From the NCBI GenBank assembly GCA_009914755.4, contig CP068257.2:18496001-18560000 (forward strand): 64,000 nt of DNA, in the 5' to 3' direction. Shown here piece by piece: positions 1-14,987 of the stretch. The notes under the pieces are model-generated. The model saw only the letters and a list, made by a program, of their open reading frames with translations, did no database searches and had not been told where the DNA came from. The position numbers were made by a program, and so were the translations under genes. The first letter of the stretch is position 1. The number at the start of each line of letters is the position of its first letter. Source of the DNA: the human T2T-CHM13v2.0 reference genome, Homo sapiens.

Positions 1-3000
1 GTGGTAGCATGTGCTAAAAGTTAAGTATAATTCTAGTTCTGATTCAGAATATATCATGTAGTAAACTTATGAGAAAATATGAAAAACTTGAACCAAAACA
101 CATTAAACATGGTCATAAAAAGACATAGTCAATTATGGTTTTGCAAAAGCCCTTGTAAAGCTGAAAAGATTGTTGGTATAAAAAGCTAATCTGTTTCTAT
201 TACTGACTAAGGTGTATGATAATTATATTTATGTTATCAAGGGTGAGCAGGCAATGGATATAAAAGAGATAAGAACAGATGAACCAATCTCAGTGTTATC
301 TATCTGCCTTCTACAGAAATGCATTAAGGGAAAGAGCAATGTTGTTATTCTACTGTGAAAAGGAAATTATGAAATTTTAAATTTGTGCCAATAGAAGCAA
401 AGAGAAGTGGAAAGATGGGTGAAACTGATCACTGTAAGCATCTGGTTTCAGTAATTCAGTCTGCTCAAAATAAATGTTTATGATAGGAAGTCGGCAGCAC
501 TTGTAAGTTGATAATTTATAAATGTGAAAACTAACTCCCCTCCAAAATACTTGATCACAATGTATTTTTTCAAACTAGTATGCTGTGGAAGAAATGCCTT
601 TAGCTTCTAGATGAATGTTTACTAAAAACAGGCCCCATGTTGTTAATTCTATTTTTATAATGTTGATATTCACATCAGGCTTAACTAGGCATAAAATAAA
701 AACAAAATAAGGCACTATAATTTTTTATTCAATTTAAGAATTATAAGTAATTTTATTTACACATGAGAAATGCAAAGCTAATTTTATATGACATTTTACA
801 TTTACATAAAGTTAAATACTTAAAGGTATGTATTTTGATAACCATTGATTTATTTTTTAAATGGTCTAATTAAAATCATATTTGAATTCTCAATTATTTT
901 CACTACTAAATAAAGCATCATGACTGAATATAATCTTAAAAAGGATATTCATTCCTACAAATATGGGGAGAATACAGTTATTAAAGTTTTAAATTATACA
1001 TTTAATATTTCAAAATTTAATGAGTGACATTATACGTTGTAAAAGTACAGTATCATAGTATCTTGATATGTTAAAATCTTGGATGTCATCAACAAACTTA
1101 TAAATAGTTTCCTTAAAAATTTAACTAACATGCTATAGAATTAATTTTCATGGTCTCAAATTGTACTGACTGATATTGTAACCAATAGTAGCAGTCCTAG
1201 ACTAGTGTCAGTTACCATATGGTACAGCACAAACAGAGAACGTTTTTTATCATCTCAAAGTTCTACAGGACAGTACTGTTATAAAACTATTCAATTTATA
1301 AAAACAATTTCATGACTTACCCTTATTCTTTTTCTTTATTTTTTTATTATTAAATATGTGACCACTGTGGAAATTTAAAGTTAGCTCATAATTTGCTTTA
1401 AAAACATAAAATCCATAACTATTTTGAAGCAAAGTCTCACAGCAATGTCATTTGTTTTCTTTAACTGTTTTTCTAAGTCAGTTCGGAAAACAAAGAAGGT
1501 AAAATTAAATCACTATTGATTAAACATCTAGCAATGAGACTCTTATTTCACCTTGTCTCTTAAATACATTAAAATTCAGACCAAATAATCTTTACAAAGA
1601 AAAAATAACTTAAAGCCAAACAAGCGGAAGACTTAAGTGATGCAGAGTGTATTTCTTATTCATTTGTACAGAAAACTATATTTCTATATAACTTTTGCAG
1701 AATTCTATACAAGGCAATTGTTTTCTGAAATGAAGTAGATTTCTATGACATACACAGACTTCATTTTCGGACTACTTCTTTTAATGTCAAAACGAATGCA
1801 ATTATCTGATATCACCATATTTATAATGCTTATTATTTTATTTGGTTAATTAATAATTAAATCATATATAACAATTATATGCTACTTCTTAAATTAAGAA
1901 CTGTAAAGGCCCATATTTACCCAGGTTTCGCTGATCTCTGTTAAAAGAAAAATTTTAGACAAATTAAATTTAACAGAGTTTATGATTGATAGCAAAGAAT
2001 GATTCATGAATTAGGTAGCACTCAGAAGAGATTCAGAGAGTTCTACCCAGCAGTGTGGGCAGCAAGCTTTATAGGCTTTATACTTTTGGAAGGAAAGTAG
2101 AGAAATCACCTGATTGGCTACATCTAGGCCTTTGCCCTTTTTAAACATAGCATGATGAGCCATTTGTTTTACTTGGGCATGGGGCCTGATTAGTTGGCTG
2201 CTCATGATTGTCTGAAGTTTATCTTTGATTGGCTGAAATTCAGCTGTTCGTTATGAAAATATACTCCCAAGTTAGGCTTCAGTTTGTTTACTTACTATAA
2301 TAAGTTAGGTTGTGGCTTGTTGCTTAGAAACTCAAAGTCCAGAGACAGTCTCAGGCTAATGGCCTCCTGCCCACTTATTTGGCATCCCCTTTGGCAACTA
2401 TTGTTTTGAAATAATAGTGAAATATCCAGTTCACAAGCAAACATTGTCCTTTTTTAACTGTAAATTGATGACATTGGAAATGCTCTAACATTGCTTCAGA
2501 GGCTATAATTCTCTTTAAGAACCTTGAGTGTAGAGTTTTTATTTAACCTATTAACAAGCATGTTATTTTTAACAGGCAAGACACCTATGTACTATCGAAC
2601 ATAGTACATGCACAGTAAGTATATGTTCAACTAAATTAACAAACAGTCCACTAAATTTGTCACAGGTCTGGCCTATAATGGTTGATCAATAAATATTTGT
2701 TCAATGAATTAAAATATAACTAAGGAGCCTAAAAGAGTGATGAAATAACCACTAATATGCATATACCAATATAAACATATGTATTATTTTATCAGTTGAG
2801 TCTACTTATGCTAATTAAAATTGAAAATTTCCCCAGAATTCTGTTTTTTAACTACTGAAACTATAAAAGCCTGAACACGAAAAACAATTGTGTTGTCAAA
2901 TATACATCTTTGAGGTCTTTCCACTTCTTTCTATTGTAATATCCTAAATGGTAGCCTGGAAGACCGAGAGTCCACGTGAGCGTCAAATAGCTTTATCACA

Positions 3001-5442
3001 AAGAACATTGGATAAGTATTTAGATTTCACATTTCAGCTTATGTTTTCTACTACATATCAAACTACATAAAAATAAATCAATAGAAATGTATTGGTTTTA
3101 TGACCTTAACGAAATTCACTTAAACTCTCCAAATGTCAATTTACACAGCTGAAAATGTAATCAATAATATCTGTATTTCTGAGTCCAGTACTTTTTATAA
3201 GTATTAAATCACTGTTATAAACATTTTTCAAAAGCAAGGACTCATATTTAAAGATAAAAGATCATATTTTATAAAGACAAAAACATCATATTTAAAGTAC
3301 TCAGGAGGAACATCTAATAGCATTATTAGTCATTTATGAAGAATTCTATTTATAAATTATTTAGATAAAAAGTGATTATACTTTTTTAACCATATATGTA
3401 TCTTAGCACTCGATGCTCTTCCAAATACTTATTGGTTATTTAGAAATACCAACTGAAGTTATGATTCATAGCTGAATTATGATACAATATTTTCTGAGGA
3501 TATAATATATTTAAAAATTAAAGGCAATTGCTGGGTTGATAAGTATTTATGTCTTGGAGCCTCAAGAACACTGGCTCTCAAAACATATTTTAGAGACTTT
3601 AATTTGACATATAAGATCCCTCAGATAATCGACAATATAATCTAATCTTATACTAATGCCACTTAATAAATGTTATCAGTTTACTGGTTTCTGAATTAGT
3701 TGCTATGAAAAGAGTAACAAACATCCTTAGGTGACTGCATTAAGCCATCAGTAACTTCACAAGCCATTATTGAATGACTCATTGAATGAGTCCTATGTCC
3801 AGTAAGTGTGGGGAATTGGAAAATTTGACTCCAAAATAATGATTGTGCCAGCTAACATTTAAAGCATATAGTTTTCTGGAGATAATTTTAGAATTAAAAC
3901 AGAAGTTTAAAACAATCACACATTTTTTCAAGTGTCACAATTAGTCTCCATAAATTGAATAGGGAAAAACATCCAAACAGTTCCTATTGGTCTGAAATAG
4001 TTTATGCCACTTAAGAAGGTTTGAAATTCTTAAGGTTTATGATAAAACTCTTCGTTTTCATTGGTAATATGATTAATAATGAATGTTTTATTAATAGTTC
4101 ATCTTATAATTGTAAGTGCTGAGTTAAGGGAAATTTGATAGCTTTTCCTGCACTTGATCTTACAGTCAAGAGCCACATTTTAAAATCCATTGCTCTAATT
4201 ATAGTCAACCACTGAAATAGTGTTTTGTCAGTTTTCCTCTGGGACATGGATTGATGTTTTTATCCTCTGTAAAAGCCAGCATGATCACTCAACAAGGATT
4301 ATACCTTATTTTCTGTAAATAGAGTATGATATTAATATTGGAAGCTCTTGAAAATTATTTAAAACTTGTCAAGTTTTCTGCCCTCATTGAGTGATGATTG
4401 ATGAGGCAATATTTGCAATCTGTAGTAAGTTTTATGAGTGAAAGTTGTTGAATAAGTAATAGAGTACAAGCTACTTTAATTAAATAATAATTTATTAGAA
4501 ATTTCCCCATTTCTTCTCCTTCCAAAGATACTTGGAAAACCAATTAATGAAATATTTATGACATTTAAGAAACCAAAATTAAGATTTTTTTTTTGTTTCA
4601 TCATAGAACACTTAATAGCTCATTGTTTCTTGTAGTTGAAATATTTCTCACCAGGCAAATATCTTACATTTCTAATGGTGCCAAAAACGGGAGCAGCAAT
4701 GATATCAATAACGAAAGCAAAATTATTTTGAATGGTTAAAGACATTTTTTACTACCAGTTCTGCAAAAACTAATAACTGATAATCATGCTGTTGTTTCAC
4801 ATAATTTTATCCTATAGTGTCTGTTTTTCATTGTACTATGCAATGACTGTTTTTGTGGAATGTACAGAATGAGAAGGTGATTTTTATTTAACGTTCATTA
4901 TACTTTAATTTCATTAGGTATTTTAGTTAAATGAGGCCAAATTGCACGGGTTCAGCTTAACTGATTTTTGTATAGACAAATAAACTGTCTTTATTGTTTT
5001 TAACAGACATGCTAGAATTTGACTTAGATCATTAAATCATATCTACTTATTTACAAAGATGTTTTGAGAATGGATTTTTAAAATTAATTAAGTTTAAATA
5101 TCAGACCAACATGTCAAAACAAATACTATATAATTCCATACTCTAAAATACTTATTGTACTTTTATTTTTATAACTAATACTAAGATATGCCCAGTGTTC
5201 TCATGAGCATTACACTTACTATAGAAAGCAAACATCTCATCAAATTTAAATTCTTAGAAATGTGGAATATATCTTCAAAAATCTAAGTCATAACTAAAAT
5301 AATTTTGTTAATTTAGATTATTTTATTAAATATATTTTCATTCCATTCATCTGGCTGACATTTTGAAATGAAATGCAAACAATTCTCCAATTAATAATTT
5401 AATTTTTAAAGATGAGTTTAATATTAAAAATTATTACATTGT

Positions 5443-6083
<641 letters not shown>

Positions 6084-7153
6084 TTTGATAGGAATTTCTT
6101 TGTAACATACTTAGTAATTTGAAATGAATTCAAAATAGTTCACATAATCTCATGCACATATTATACATTCAAATGATTTTGAAAATGATCGGCATAAATA
6201 TTTGCAAATCTAGCTTTATCTAAAAATTGTTAACAAGATAGGAGAATATTTTTATTTATGCAAATTTTAAATGCCTTTTTAAGATCAGAATTTCCAAACA
6301 GATATGTTTAGTCTATGAGGAAATTGTTTTGATCTACAGTCATATAAATGAAGAACCAGTAATCTGATTCTAAACTTAGAAGTAAAGAGGAATTCCTAGT
6401 AACTTAGAAAATGTGCCCAACAAGTACAAAACTGTTAATTCAAAAATTAAGATAAACTCAATTCTGAGATAAATTATAAAAATTATTAAATAATTATTTT
6501 ATGTGAAGAGGCAATAACAATAGAAAAAATATCCCCAATGCCTGTATCTCATTTATTTATTATTATTATTTTACTTAAAATAAATTGTAAAAGGTACATA
6601 GTAGTAGTTTCCTAGCCTCCTAAGCCTTTCCCATAGAAAGTATTCATTTCAGGGCCGCAGGGCAATTCAGTGATGCTTTCCAACACTCAGTGTTGTTGTC
6701 GACACTGTCATTATTATCAAAATTGACTCCTTTTAAAATAGTTCAAAAATAAATCCTGTATATTTATCTCTGAAGTCTGCATTTGTGTGTTATTTTCTTG
6801 CTATTTGTTTCCCTGTCTAAGAATGCTAGAATAAAGCTACCATGAGAAAAGAGGGTATATTTTCCCCAAATACTCATAAAATTGTGGATATTTAATCTAA
6901 TGAGAGACTGAACAGAAATATTCCGCATTGTAGGAACACCTGCCACCTGAGGATCAGGGTGCCTCATAAAAACAGCTGTACTGAGTAACCTCTATCCCCT
7001 CTACCACACTGATGCACTGATCTGCGGCACCTAGGTGCTACCAATTAGGCAGGCCACTGGAAGATTCTATTCTGGGAAACATGACCTCTTACGGAAGAGA
7101 GATAAACTATACAAATGGTTGTGACTGATGTACATTTTTTTTTCTTAATTTAA

Positions 7154-7563
<410 letters not shown>

Positions 7564-7582
7564 CATTTATTTATTATTATTT

Positions 7583-7610
7583 TGTGTGTGTGTGTGGGTG
7601 TGTGTGTGTG
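7583..7610. repeat. (GT)n microsatellite
   Basis: gtgtgtgtgtgtgggtgtgtgtgtgtg directly upstream of the second minus-strand Alu, in its tail region. Confidence 0.85.
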
Positions 7611-7866
7611 AGACAGAGTCTTGCTCTGTCACCCAGGCTGGAGTGCAGTGTGGTGACCTCAGCTCACTGCAACCTTCACCTCCCAGGTTCAAGCAATTCT
7701 CTTGCCTCAGCCTCCTGAGTAGCTGATACTACAGGTGCCCACCACCATGCCCACCTAATATTTGTAGTTTTTTAGTAGAGACAGGGTTTCACCATGTTGG
7801 CCAGGCTGGTCTCGAACTCCCGACCTCAGGTGATCCTCCCACAGACATGAGCCATAGTGCCCAGCC
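7611..7866 (-). mobile_element. Alu SINE (AluS-like)
   Basis: agacagagtcttgctctgtcacccaggctggagtgcagtgtggtgacctcagctcactgcaaccttcacctcccaggttcaagcaattctc ... catgagccatagtgcccagcc. The outer TSD ctcccttgt(t/c)tt at 7233-7244 and 7867-7878 flanks the whole two-Alu unit. Confidence 0.9.
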
Positions 7867-8459
7867 CTCCCTTGTCTTTAGTGTGTTGAATCTGATTTTC
7901 ATCATTAGCCGTGTGTTCCCTAAAGATTTGCAATGTGGAGGAGAAACAAGGCATTTGCTTCTTCCTCCAGGAGTGGTAACCGAATGTTGGGGTTTAGGTG
8001 GGAATTTTTGCAGTAACCTCTGAATGCCTCTGACATTCATTCACACTGAGGCTTCAGAGGAACTGCTAAGTCAGTATCCTGACTCTAGCTGGTAGCTGCT
8101 GTTTTTTTGACTGAATATCTGTTAGATCAAGAAATCTAAGTTAGTGTGGTGCTTATTCTAACTTCTCTTCTAAGCCTTCCAATAACTGTGATATTATTAA
8201 CTCACTTTGTTATTGAAAAACCTATTTATTTTTCATGAAACTCTTGGACAATAAATGCATTATATCATTAATTAAATTATTGAAAAATGTTAGACACTTG
8301 GGGAAATTTCTCAGAGAGCAGAGAGAAATAGGAAAAAAAATTTTAAAGTAGATAACAATATAAATGATAGCAGTTCTTGTTACTCAACAGAGAGGACTTG
8401 AACAACTAACTAATTCAAGGTTCTTTCTGTTAACAGACAAAGTATCTAACTTTAAAAGA

Positions 8460-8870
8460 CACACCCAATGATAAACCCAAAGAGTAAGAAAAAACCACAT
8501 GATGGGTGCATTATGCTGAAATGTGAGAGTTCTGAGGTCAAAAAGAAGTTCCTACAAGATTGCAGAAGAATTTTTAAAAGTACACACAAAAGATCAAGCA
8601 TCAGAACTATATTAGTTTTCAACAACCACAATTGGAAACCACTATTGGAAAACTAAGAAGATATTAATAATTCCAATATTAAAATATCAAAGAAGATATT
8701 AAAAATTCCAAGGTAAAATTATTTCCAACTCAGAATAAAATTTCTAGCCAAACAAATTGCAAAATAAAGTTTGCCAGATATGCAAAGTATCAAAAATTTT
8801 CTTCCCATTCCCATTGTCTCAAGAAGCTACTAAAGGAGGTACCTCATAAAAATAGTTTTTAGTATTTGGA
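8460..8870 (+). mobile_element. Possible ancient L1 (L1M-like) ORF1 C-terminal fragment
   Basis: Frame translation (..KVKLFPTQNKISSQTNCKIKFARYAKYQKFSSHSHCLKKLLKEV..) resembles the L1 ORF1p C-terminus (..RILYPAKLSFKNEGEIKTFSDKQKLREFVASRPALQEMLKEVL..). The ORF at 8468-8656 falls in this region. Confidence 0.4.
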
Positions 8871-11757
8871 GATCCGTATTGGAACACGTAAGATAACTCT
8901 GAGATTGCTATCTTTTAGAAGGTTAAAAATGATAAGCTTGCATATTTTAAAAGCAAATTTACATGTATAGTGGATTAATTGCTAAATTATGATAAATACC
9001 CAGATACAGAGTAAATGACAACAATGTAATCATTGGGATTACATTGGGATTACTCCATGGGAAACAAGCAAAAACAAATGTATATAATAAAAAAATCATA
9101 GTAGACTCCTTGCCTCAGCCGTATAAAGGGAAAACAACATATATAATATGTGTAGGGCAATCTTATATTTGTTAACAAATCAATAAATTATCAAGAAATG
9201 TAAGCATATTTTGTAAATATATGCAGAAAAATATCAAAAACCACAGAAAAAATTCTTTCAAGTGGCTGCCCCTAGGACAGAATGCACAGGAAAATGTATG
9301 ACATTCTTTTAAATTTCAGTGATACTTGAAAAACTACTTGACATTTTAACTTAGTCATATATGATTTGATAAAAGCAAAAGTTGCCTTTTAATAGACCAA
9401 TTAGGCTGCATTGGCTTCGTGATTTTCAAATAAACAGTACACTAAATTTCAAGCTGTATGTATTCCTGTGGTGTTTTAATGTTTCAAGTGAGTATGCATT
9501 TTGTATAGCAGAAAACAATCATATTTTAAGGTGAAGAGGACAAAAGTGTGCTATATTTTTTAACTTTTTTTTTTAATTTGAGAATATCCACCTATGGGCA
9601 CTTTACTTTCAAACACATATTTACAGAGTTGTTTTCCTTAGAACCCTGTCCATGACCTTCCATTGTCTTTTAGTTTTGAAAATTGCCTGAGAGTATTTTA
9701 AGTCTAGACTCATTTTGATGCTTTTCCTGAAAATAAGCTATATACCAGCTGGATTATAATTAAGACATACAGAAATTCCTGCAGAATGACTCTAGACTTA
9801 GTTTGGAAATGATTCTAGTTTGCATTCTATTTTGCACAAATAATTTGGAAGAAAAAAATCTCTCTCTCTATATATATATATATATTTGTGATTGTTCTAT
9901 AGTTTTGTTTTTGTTGTGTTTTTTCTTGTTTATAAAAATTTTAGGTATAGATATCAAAGCAATGTTTTTTACATAGAATTTTCATCTTTACTATGCTTTA
10001 CTAGTCTAAATTATACAAGATTTATTCAATTTGGCCACCGGAGACTTTTAGGAATGCAATTTGTTAATGCAAACTTTTGTTTCTCCAATGGTAATTAACT
10101 TTTTCAGGGAATCCTTTTTCTTCTTCATTAGCTAATATCTATAATATAATGACAATGATTATATAATATTAATAATTTAATAATTATTTTTTATTTTGAA
10201 AATTTTTCATTTACTTGACAAATATTTTAATATACTTATTTGTCTTAAATACCAATTTAATTAACAACACGATTTTGGGAAAATTCCTCTTTTCTTCTAT
10301 AAAATATTCTTAATTTCAAGTGCCTTCTATTTGAAGTCATTTTATGTTTTTATGTTTTATCTGTTTGTTGGTTTATTTTGCTTTAGAATTTCCTTCTCTT
10401 AACCTGGTGTGTGAATATCAGAATGTATAGAGTTAAATTTCTTTGAATGACCTTAGTTATAGAAATATGCCAGAATAGTTTTAATTATAAGTGTCTAGAA
10501 GATAATTTTGGCTGACATGGTGCTCAAAAGCTATATTGAAAGCTACCCCTCTCAGCAAGATAAGGAAGAGAAGGTTAGATGGCCTTAGCATGTCCATGGT
10601 CACAGAAATACTATTTAAATGAAAGGAAGAAAGAGACAACTATGCAACAGAAATCTTGATATGATTAGAGCTTCTTTATTAAAATCCATAACTTTTTCGT
10701 CTCCTAGGAATACAAATAATATGTCATGCAGCTTATGCCTTTCATAAAACTTTTAATACAAGTTAACAGAAATGCTGTTGATTTACTTAGCAGGATAACA
10801 TTTTCTATAAGAATCAAAACTACTGATTTAGCTATAAAAGAATTCACAACATTTGCATTAATTAATCCAGCTTCATATATAATATAATGTGTGAATTTTC
10901 TAGCTGCTCACAATTCATTTTGGCTCTTTATTTTCATGAATGATGATTATGATTATGATCATGATCATTGTGTCTGAAGATACTCAAATATAATATCACG
11001 TTTTTTTTTCTTTCAAAATTAATACCCTGGGAAAAAAGAACCTAACATCAAATGCTTATATTATTTCCTTGATGTTGTTATTTTTACAGTCATTAATCCC
11101 TACCATGGATGTCAGTAAATAAATTTAAGTTTGGAATATATTGAAGATTACCTAGGAACACGATCAGAATGTGTGTGAATGTGTGTGTGATTCTGAATTC
11201 TGATACACAACAGAGGAATGACTGGCAGATTTCACACCCAAGCCTTTAGTGTCAGTAAACTAGATAAGAATATTGTAAATATGAATGAACAACCATTAGA
11301 AAGGAAGAGAGATAAAAAGGGGAGGAAAATGTTCAGCTTCATGAAAAGAGAATGAAAGTAATCAGTGTCACTAAAATTCAAAACACTAGTGAACATTGGT
11401 TTAAAAATTAGCAACAGATATCAGTGACAGTATGAACAAAAATAATTAACAATTAAATTGAAAATTACAGCTGCATATCATTGTTTCTCAAATATATACC
11501 AGCTAATAGAGAAATAAGGATTCTCACAATTTATTTTAATTTAATCTTCTTCACACATTTCAGACATATTACAAATTCAAAAATGGTTAAACAAGTTTAA
11601 CACCTCCAGAGTAGTCATTAAAAAATCGAATATAATTTATATGAAATAGTGTGAAGTGCCAAGTAAGTAGTAAACGATTTAATCTTATGACAAAATACTA
11701 CATATTAATGGACCAAGTCATCAAAGTGTCTACAAGTATTAAAAATAAGACATCTAT

Positions 11758-12146
<389 letters not shown>

Positions 12147-12989
12147 TCAACAGTGAAATGACTTTTTATGGAATACAGTTTGAGGGTCATAGATCAAATT
12201 GAATTATATTACAGGGTTCCCTCTATGACACACAATACATGTAATAAATAACTTGGAAACTAGTTCTGATACATAGTTTATAATCTTACTTTTAAAGAAA
12301 AGCAACTTTGTGAACAACAGGGAAGACAATTTCTTGATTTTGGCACTAGCAAAGAAATAGGTTTATGGATTTCAAATACAAATAATAAATGGAATCACTT
12401 GGAGAATGGGAAGATTAATAACATAAAAGTCCACCAAGTTTACATAGAAATCTTCAAATACTGTGGCTGATTTCTTGTGTTTATCTTACCAAACTGTAAA
12501 AATGCTTTCAGAGTATTGCAGAATACTCTACAGTTGAGATAATAAGCTACTCTTATGTTATTTATGCAATATTATTCTTTAATAAACAAAATGTATTGTA
12601 TTTTAATTGTATAACTATTTGAAAATATTTTAACTGTATTTCCTAGGAGTATAGATTTTTAGAGGAAAGCACATTCAAATGGATTTAATAAAATCTAAAA
12701 TATTTAGTTGATGAACTGACATTTTTATTAATTAAAGGGTAATTTAATAGTCATCTACTCCAATTTTTTTCTAAAGGAGGCTCTCTCAAAACTTGTATCT
12801 AAAATATGGAGAAAAACATTTGTTTTACTCACAACCTGACAAGGTACTTAATTTTTATTTACAAGTGCTCTATTTTAAGTCCTTCATTTGATTTTTAATC
12901 ATAAAAATAATTAATGTATTCACTCAAGAGAAACTTGGGGTGCAGAGTCTGTGAAACTTTGCGTATTTCAGGAAAAGATACATAGATGG

Positions 12990-13441
12990 GTTAAGCAACT
13001 GCTGCAATTTGAATGTCTCCTTCAAAATTCATGCTGAAACCTAATCCCCATTGTGTGACTATTGAGAGGTGGGAATCTAAAAGTGATTGGATCATAAGAG
13101 CTCTGAGCTCATGAATAAATTAATCCATTAATAGATTAATGGATTAATGGGTTAATGGATTAATTGGTTACCATGAGAGTGGAAATGGGGGCTTTATAAG
13201 AAGAGGAAGAGATATCCGAGCTAGCATATTACCATGCTCAGCCCCTTTCCCCTTTACCACGTGATGCCTTGCTGTTTCAGGACTGTAGTCTCACCACCAG
13301 CAAGAAGGCCCCTCACCAGATGATACTTCTGTTACCTTGTACTTCTCAGCCTCCAAAACTGTAAGACATACATTTATTTTCTTTAGATATTACCTAGTTT
13401 AAGGTATTCTGTTATAAGCAACAGAATTTTGACTAATACAG
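12990..13441 (+). mobile_element. ERVL-MaLR-type solo LTR (MST/THE-related), diverged
   Basis: It ends with the LTR-terminal motif ...taaggtattctgttataagcaacagaattttgactaatacag and carries internal motifs (ccccattgtgtgactattgagaggtggga, gctttataagaagaggaagag, caccagcaagaaggcccctcaccagat, ctcagcctccaaaactgtaagacata) that match MaLR LTR consensus blocks. Confidence 0.45.
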
Positions 13442-14410
13442 CAACCCACTACATTTAAAGGGGATGGGAAGACCAAATTAAATTTTCATTTCAGTACATT
13501 GTATAGATGGTAGAGTTATAAAAGTGTAATGTGCAAATATCTTAATATTTTAAGATAAATTAAAAATTATAATTATGTAGGCTGAAATTATTAAATGATT
13601 TCTATATACATAAGTTCTATGTTAAGTACTTTGTGTCAGAGTTCTGGGCCTGAAACTTTACACACTGTTATACATATTGTCAGTTAGACAGGGACCTACT
13701 CAAAAGGCATTTTTTAATCACTTGCAAGAATCAGTAGAAAACAAATGCAGGTGAATTTGGAACAATGCAGGGGTTAGGGGTATTGGCCCCCTGCACAGTT
13801 AAAGCCAGTATATGTTTTGACTCTCTAAACAACATTACTAATAGCTTACTGTTGACCAATAACATAAACAACGCGTATTTTTGTATTCTATTTATTCTAT
13901 GCTGTATCCTTGATGTAAGCCAGAGAAAAGAAAATATTATTAAGAAAATCATAAGGAAGGGAAAATATGTTTGCTCTTAAGTGAAAGTGGATCACCATAA
14001 AGGTCTCTATCTCTGTAATCTTCACAAGTTGCAGGCTAAATAGGAGGAGAAGTGGCTAGTCTTGCTGTCTGTTTCAGAGGTGGCAGAGGTGGGAGAAAAT
14101 CTGTGTATAAGTGGACTCATAGAGTTCAAACCCATGTTTTCAAGAGGCAACTTTATTTTAAAATGAAGGAATTTTAAAAGAAAACTAAATATCAGAAAGA
14201 GTATTGTATCGTTATTTCCAGATCAAGCATTTTTGGTAAATTGATTCAATCATTCTAATATTACCTAGATGAAATCTGTCAGCACAATGTTGACGAAAAT
14301 TAAATGGCATTTCCGACCTCATAATTTATTGTTAGGGACATAATATATCTCTAAAAAGTAATGACATAATATACTTTTGACATTATAACTTTAAAAAATA
14401 TAATGTTTAG

Positions 14411-14987
<577 letters not shown>

